Shown here: piece by piece, positions 59,039 to 64,000 of the stretch
Layout: every line of letters begins with the position of its first letter
How positions within the stretch are numbered: position 1 is the stretch's first letter
Assembly (NCBI GenBank): GCA_025360085.1
Contig: JANYCW010000014.1
Location: forward strand, 28,357-92,356
Direction: 5' to 3'
Source: Actinomycetes bacterium
GTDB lineage: Bacteria; Actinomycetota; Actinomycetes; Nanopelagicales; Nanopelagicaceae
Length of the DNA: 64,000 bases
Notes under the pieces: model-generated
The model's input: the letters and a program-made list of their open reading frames with translations, nothing else
What the model was told of the DNA's origin: nothing
Database searches by the model: none
Program-made: the position numbers and the translations under genes

Positions 59039-60491
59039 TTCAGGTGCTGGAGATGAGTTTGAAGTGCTCATGCGCGAAAGCGCGCGTGTTGCAGCTGAAT
59101 TTGATTCACAAGAAAACGATGAATTTGCCGAACCAACGCAAGAGTTGTCAGAGCGCCACGCATTGCGTCGCGTTAAGGGTTTTTCTACCGAACTTCAAGA
59201 TATCTCTGAGGCTGAGTATCGCCAATTACAACTCGAACGTGTAGTCCTCGTTGGAGTTTGGACCGAAGGCACCGCGGTTATGGCTGAAAATTCCCTCGCA
59301 GAGTTGAAAGCTTTGGCAGAGACCGCTGGTTCAGAAGTTCTAGAAGGTCTAATTCAGCGACGCGATAAACCAGATCCCGCAACATATATTGGCTCTGGCA
59401 AAGTCGAGGAGTTGCGACAAGTTGTTTTGGCAACCGGGGCCGATACGGTTATTTGTGACGGTGAACTTTCTCCTTCCCAACTTCGCCAGTTAGAGGAGAG
59501 AGTAAAAGTAAAGGTTGTTGATCGCACTGCATTGATTTTGGATATTTTCGCACAGCATGCAAAGAGCAAAGAAGGTAAAGCTCAAGTTGAGTTAGCCCAA
59601 ATCGCGTATCTGCTTCCTCGACTTCGCGGGTGGGGAGCTTCGCTCTCGCGACAAGTAGGTGGTCGCGCAGCAGGAGGTGCTGGTATTGGTGGTCGCGGGC
59701 CCGGTGAAACGAAGATTGAAACCGATCGCCGCCGAATTCGCGACAAGATGGCCAAACTTCGTGGTGAAATCGCACTCATGAAAACCGCACGCGATACTAA
59801 ACGCCAAGAGCGAAAACGCTTTAATATTCCATCCGTTGCCATCGCAGGCTATACAAACGCCGGAAAGTCATCTCTGCTCAATCGTTTAACCGATGCCGGT
59901 GTGCTGGTGGAGAATGCACTTTTTGCAACGCTGGATCCGACAGTGCGAAAATCACAGACAAGTGATGGCCGTGTTTATACATTGACCGACACTGTTGGCT
60001 TTGTTCGTCACCTGCCACATCAATTAATCGACGCCTTTAAATCCACGTTAGAGGAAGTCTCAGGGGCCGATGTCATTGTGCATGTTGTCGATGGTTCGCA
60101 CTCAGATCCATTTGAGCAGATTCGCGCTGTGCGCCAAGTGATCCAAGAGATTGGGGGTGCTGATATCCCTGAGATAATTGCCATAAACAAAGTCGATATT
60201 GCCGATCCTCAGATGGTCATGGATATTTTGCGAAAGGAGCCGCATAGTTTTGCCTTTTCAGTTCGCACGGGCTTTGGTCTAGAAGCCCTCATTGCCGCGA
60301 TTGAAAGCTCGCTGCCGCGCCCGAAGATTGAAATAAAGGCGGTAATTCCCTATAACCGTGGTGACTTAGTTCACGCAGTCCATGAGCAGGGTGAGATATT
60401 TTCTAAAGAGTATGGGGAGTTAGGGACCATCATTCACGCTCGAGTTGACGAAGGGTTGGCTGAAGCGATAGAAATCGCCTCCGGGGAATAA
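59007..60491 (+). CDS. hflX: GTPase HflX
   Basis: DRTALILDIFAQHA, GYTNAGKSS, LFATLDPT, DTVGF and NKVD. The start could be a later ATG. Confidence 0.97.
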   Translation: MSISRSSYLPNSGAGDEFEVLMRESARVAAEFDSQENDEFAEPTQELSERHALRRVKGFSTELQDISEAEYRQLQLERVVLVGVWTEGTAVMAENSLAELKALAETAGSEVLEGLIQRRDKPDPATYIGSGKVEELRQVVLATGADTVICDGELSPSQLRQLEERVKVKVVDRTALILDIFAQHAKSKEGKAQVELAQIAYLLPRLRGWGASLSRQVGGRAAGGAGIGGRGPGETKIETDRRRIRDKMAKLRGEIALMKTARDTKRQERKRFNIPSVAIAGYTNAGKSSLLNRLTDAGVLVENALFATLDPTVRKSQTSDGRVYTLTDTVGFVRHLPHQLIDAFKSTLEEVSGADVIVHVVDGSHSDPFEQIRAVRQVIQEIGGADIPEIIAINKVDIADPQMVMDILRKEPHSFAFSVRTGFGLEALIAAIESSLPRPKIEIKAVIPYNRGDLVHAVHEQGEIFSKEYGELGTIIHARVDEGLAEAIEIASGE

Positions 60492-60588
60492 CTCCGACAC
60501 GCCGAGGGTTATAGCAACCAGTGCCCGTGTAATAGGTCATGATGCCCCCGCAGGCAACAAATGAGGTTTGAGAATCGAGGTGAGAGCA

Positions 60589-60885
60589 GTGGCAACAGAT
60601 TACGACACACCCAGAAAAACTGATGAAGAACTCCACGAGGAGTCATTAGAAGAGTTAAAGGCAAAGCGTGTCGATGCTCAATCCGGCCAAATCGATGTAG
60701 ATGAGGCAGAAGCTGCTGAAACGCTCGAACTTCCAGGTGCTGATTTATCGGGTGAACAGTTAGCGGTACGTGTTGTTCCAAAACAAGAGGATGAGTTCAC
60801 GTGTTCTCGTTGCTTCCTCGTTCATCATATTACGCAACTTGCGAAAGGCGAAGGCGCTAAGGCAATTTGTAAAGAGTGCTTTTAA
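60589..60885 (+). CDS. DUF4193 family protein
   Basis: MATDYDTPRK...LPGADLSGE...VVPKQEDEFTCSRCFLVHH...CKEC; GTG 60589. Confidence 0.9.
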   Translation: MATDYDTPRKTDEELHEESLEELKAKRVDAQSGQIDVDEAEAAETLELPGADLSGEQLAVRVVPKQEDEFTCSRCFLVHHITQLAKGEGAKAICKECF

Positions 60886-61322
60886 ATAATTATTGAATGC
60901 AAGGCAGAGGTTAATGCATCGGCATGATTGCTGGTGATTAACCAATAAGGAGTTGTATCACGGTCATCTTGTAAAGTAACACGAACGCCAGTTGAAGACC
61001 AAAAACGGATTGCAAGAAAAGCTGCGGGATCTGCATCTCTGGTTCGTAAATTACGCACCTCGATGCTAGATAGCGCTTGGGCAGCCTTTAAAAATTTCAA
61101 ATCGATATGTGCTCTACCAACGCGTAACTCGCCTTGATCAACTTCAATGACCATTGCACTCTTAATGATGATTAAAGCCAGCATCAAAGTCGAAACAACA
61201 AATGAGATGAGCGCCGGAGTGTCACCGATCGCCGCCCAAATCGAGAGAACAAGGGATAAAAAGAAAAAATAGATTACGACTATCAGCCATATTGGCATTC
61301 GAATGACTTCTCGATATCGCAT
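60882..61322 (-). CDS. DUF3093 family protein
   Basis: MRYREVI...LRVGRAHI...DPAAFLAIRFW...DDRDTTPYWLITS. Confidence 0.88.
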   Translation of the reverse strand: MRYREVIRMPIWLIVVIYFFFLSLVLSIWAAIGDTPALISFVVSTLMLALIIIKSAMVIEVDQGELRVGRAHIDLKFLKAAQALSSIEVRNLRTRDADPAAFLAIRFWSSTGVRVTLQDDRDTTPYWLITSNHADALTSALHSIII

Positions 61323-61352
61323 AGGCGTTACCGTATCGGATAGGCTTGGCAT

Positions 61353-61937
61353 ATGAGTCGAATAGCGAGCACTTCTCCACCTGCTGGCGCAGTGATTCCC
61401 GAACGCCATCCAAAAGCGCCTCCTATTGGTTCAAAGATTCCATCGCACTTTGGTCATTGTTTTGGTTGCGGTGAACTTCATCCAACAGGTCTGCACCTAG
61501 TTGCCTACGCTGGGGCAGATGCAAACATAACTTCTCAATTTACTGTGACGCAAAATCATCAAGGGGCTCCTGGTTTAGCTCATGGTGGATTGCTATCACT
61601 TGCCCTTGATGAAGCCCTTGGAAAGTTAATGTGGTTGTTGCGCGCCCCAGCCGTTACTGCTCGGCTAGAGACTGATTTTCTAAAGCCCGTGCCAATCGGG
61701 ACGGTTCTCCACATAAGTGCACAAATTACAGGCCAAGTTAATCGAAAGGTGTATATGAGCGCCGAAGGCCGCCTCAACAGTGTAGATGGCGTTCTAGCTA
61801 TGCGAGCCGCGGCACTCTATGTCATAGTTCCTATGAATCACTTTTTAGAGAGTGCACCAAAAGAGTATCTTGAGGAAATCTCTAAAAGTCCGCAGTTATT
61901 AACATTTGTTGACCCCGACTTTGAGATTAATCCTTAA
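61353..61937 (+). CDS. PaaI-family thioesterase
   Basis: CFGCG, HQGAPGLAHGG, LDEALG and hotdog fold; next to dut. Confidence 0.88.
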   Translation: MSRIASTSPPAGAVIPERHPKAPPIGSKIPSHFGHCFGCGELHPTGLHLVAYAGADANITSQFTVTQNHQGAPGLAHGGLLSLALDEALGKLMWLLRAPAVTARLETDFLKPVPIGTVLHISAQITGQVNRKVYMSAEGRLNSVDGVLAMRAAALYVIVPMNHFLESAPKEYLEEISKSPQLLTFVDPDFEINP

Positions 61938-61940
61938 CTC

Positions 61941-62384
61941 ATGCCCAAACCCCACGTTCTCATAACGCGCCTAGATCAATCGGTGGCGTTGCCGAAATAT
62001 GCCAAAGGCGGTGATGCAGGCGCTGATTTAACATCTGCAATCGACTTCACTCTGGCACCAGGTGAGCGCAAGCTTATTCCAACGGGGATTGCGATTGCAC
62101 TACCCGACGGGTTCGTAGCCTTAGTACATCCACGCTCTGGTTTAGCTCTCAAAAATGGAGTGACATTAGTAAATACTCCTGGGACCGTAGATGCCGGCTA
62201 CCGCGGAGAAATTTCCTGCATTCTTATAAACCACGATCAAAACGAAACCTTCTCCTGTGCAAAAGGAGAGCGCATTGCGCAATTGGTTATTCAGCGTGTT
62301 GAACGCGCTGATTTTGTAGAAGTCTTGAAACTTCCAGGTTCTGTAAGAGGAGATAATGGTTTTGGATCGACGGGGAGAAAATGA
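61941..62384 (+). CDS. dut: dUTP diphosphatase
   Basis: AGADL, PRSGLA, GTVDAGYRGEI and RGDNGFGSTG. Confidence 0.97.
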   Translation: MPKPHVLITRLDQSVALPKYAKGGDAGADLTSAIDFTLAPGERKLIPTGIAIALPDGFVALVHPRSGLALKNGVTLVNTPGTVDAGYRGEISCILINHDQNETFSCAKGERIAQLVIQRVERADFVEVLKLPGSVRGDNGFGSTGRK

Positions 62385-63001
62385 GCGAACATAATCAGGA
62401 TCGCGACAAAGTCATGGCGGCCCTTGGGGGCAAGAAAGGTCTCATTGACTCTGGCGTACCCGCAATTGTCTTTCTCGTTCTTTTTAATATTTATAAAGAT
62501 CTCCAACTAGCCTTAACTGGCGCCGTAATCTTGTCGGTACTATTGGCAATTTTTCGTTTGGCTAAAAAAGATACGATTCAACATGCCTTCTCTGGTTTGC
62601 TCGGAGTTCTCGTGTGTGCATTTTTTGCCCAGAGAAGCGGAAACGCATCGGATTTTTATATTCCTAAACTTCTGACAAATTTGGGTTATGGAAGCGCATA
62701 TCTCATAGGCAACCTTGTCGGATGGCCATTACTAGGTGTTGTTCTCGGGCCACTTCTTGGCGAAAATTTTTTATGGCGAAATGACCCACTGCGAAAAAAA
62801 GTGTATATCCGTGCGAGTTGGATTTGGGTGGCGTTATTTTTTGGACGAATTGCGGTTCAGTATCCAATATATAGAAGTGGAAATGTTAATCTGTTAGGTG
62901 CCGTCAATTTAGCGATGGGATATCCATTGTTTTTCGCCGCTGCTTATCTGTCGTGGCTCGTTATTAAAACAGCACCACCAATCCATAAATCCGATAATTA
63001 A
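62381..63001 (+). CDS. DUF3159 membrane protein
   Basis: ALGGKKGLIDSGVP, GWPLLGVVLG and LAMGYPL; conserved dut-trkA neighbourhood. Confidence 0.85.
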   Translation: MSEHNQDRDKVMAALGGKKGLIDSGVPAIVFLVLFNIYKDLQLALTGAVILSVLLAIFRLAKKDTIQHAFSGLLGVLVCAFFAQRSGNASDFYIPKLLTNLGYGSAYLIGNLVGWPLLGVVLGPLLGENFLWRNDPLRKKVYIRASWIWVALFFGRIAVQYPIYRSGNVNLLGAVNLAMGYPLFFAAAYLSWLVIKTAPPIHKSDN

Positions 63002-63654
63002 GCTATAAAGCAAGCTTTAATCTTGGCCTCTGCTGCAACTGAAGCAACGAAAAGAAGTTCATCACCGGCCAAGAATACATCGTGAGCTTTGGCAGCGATG
63101 ACTTTGCCATCTCTGACAATTACGGCAAGGGTGGCGTCTTCGGGTAAATCAATCTCCTCTACCGTTTTACCAATACATTCAGATCCATCTGGGAGGGTAA
63201 GTTCAACTAAGTTTGCTTGGCCCGCTTTAAAAGAGAATAAGCGCACAACGTCTCCGACACTGACTGCTTCTTCGACAAGGGCCGAGATGATTCGTGGAGT
63301 AGATACGGCAACATCAACTCCCCACGATGAGTCAAAGAGCCATTCATTTTTCGGGTGATTGATTCGGGCGACAACGCGTGGAACTCCATACTCAGTCTTT
63401 CCCAGTAATGACGTCACAAGGTTTGCTTTATCATCCCCAGTAGCGGCCACTAGAACTTGACAGTTATTGAGGTGCGCCTTATCTAAAGACGTTATCTCGC
63501 ACGCATCGGCCATGAGCCACTCAGCACCTGGAACACTTTCAAGTTTGAGCGCTTTAGGATCCTTATCAATCAGGAGAACTTCATGTCCATTATCTAGAAG
63601 TTCGCGCGCGATTGCACGACCTACATTTCCGGCACCTGCAATAGCAATTCTCAT
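62998..63654 (-). CDS. trkA: TrkA-family potassium uptake regulatory subunit
   Basis: GAGNVG NAD-binding RCK_N, ATGDDKANL and RCK_C domain. Confidence 0.93.
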   Translation of the reverse strand: MRIAIAGAGNVGRAIARELLDNGHEVLLIDKDPKALKLESVPGAEWLMADACEITSLDKAHLNNCQVLVAATGDDKANLVTSLLGKTEYGVPRVVARINHPKNEWLFDSSWGVDVAVSTPRIISALVEEAVSVGDVVRLFSFKAGQANLVELTLPDGSECIGKTVEEIDLPEDATLAVIVRDGKVIAAKAHDVFLAGDELLFVASVAAEAKIKACFIA

Positions 63655-63999
63655 TTAACGCTCATTGCCTGGTGAAACTTCAAGAAAAGCTTCCACCTCT
63701 GCGATATCTTCAAAGGCAACCATGACATGAACAATATCCCCATCTTGCAAAACAGTGTGCTGGTCGGGCACCATACCCGCGCCTTGACGCGTAATAAATG
63801 CCACTCGTGCTTTGGTGAGCTCATCGAGGAGCAGGATCCGCAGACCATGCCAATCTCTATGTAAATGCACTTGCACAAGTTGAATTTTGGCACTTGCATC
63901 TCGCCACTCCGAGCGCGAACCTTCTGGAATGAGATTTCTAAGAATCTGGTCAGTCGTCCATAAAACCGTAGCAACGGTCGGAATCCCAAGGCGCTGATA
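63655..63999 (-). CDS. Second TrkA-family protein (5' end outside window)
   Basis: Frame is open to the window edge: YQRLGIPTVATVLWTTDQILR...VAFITRQG...VLQDGDIVHV. Confidence 0.88.
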   Translation of the reverse strand, partial: YQRLGIPTVATVLWTTDQILRNLIPEGSRSEWRDASAKIQLVQVHLHRDWHGLRILLLDELTKARVAFITRQGAGMVPDQHTVLQDGDIVHVMVAFEDIAEVEAFLEVSPGNER

Positions 64000-64000
64000 G

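Overview
A compact, gene-dense actinobacterial chromosome segment. Gene order, the short intergenic spacers and moderate GC point to a streamlined freshwater acI / Ca. Nanopelagicales-type genome (inference). The core backbone is clgR-DUF3046, recA-recX, ndgR-leuCD-hup-plsC-gpsA-ddl, thiL-rpmB-recG-rsmD-coaD-sepIVA-yceD-rpmF-rnc-smc-ftsY-amt-glnK-glnD-ffh-rpsP-khpA-rimM-trmD, miaB-miaA-dapF-hflX and DUF4193-DUF3093-dut-trkA. Three accessory blocks interrupt it. (1) About 1.8-17.2 kb: a split FluG-like gamma-glutamyl ligase/amidohydrolase/cyclase/APC module containing an internally deleted GS-like pseudogene, then tdh-kbl, then a ROK-ABC-GH15-GH31 cluster whose layout and motifs match cycloalternan (cyclobis-(1-6)-alpha-nigerosyl) catabolism, with no cyclic-sugar-forming enzymes visible. 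(2) About 25.5-29.2 kb: decayed marR/azoR, mycoredoxin and an amidase pair. (3) About 48.2-55.9 kb: an acyl-ACP desaturase and a GlnA4-type amine gamma-glutamylation cluster with both class I and class II amidotransferases. Sequence-level details missed by the ORF track: recX lacks a canonical start codon (TAATT overlap with recA), rpmF, two PafBC-type promoters plus an SOS box upstream of recA, a perfect 16-bp palindrome upstream of the ROK gene, GlnR-like boxes upstream of amt, and about ten leaderless-type starts. I saw no rRNA, tRNA, CRISPR array, transposase or integrase.
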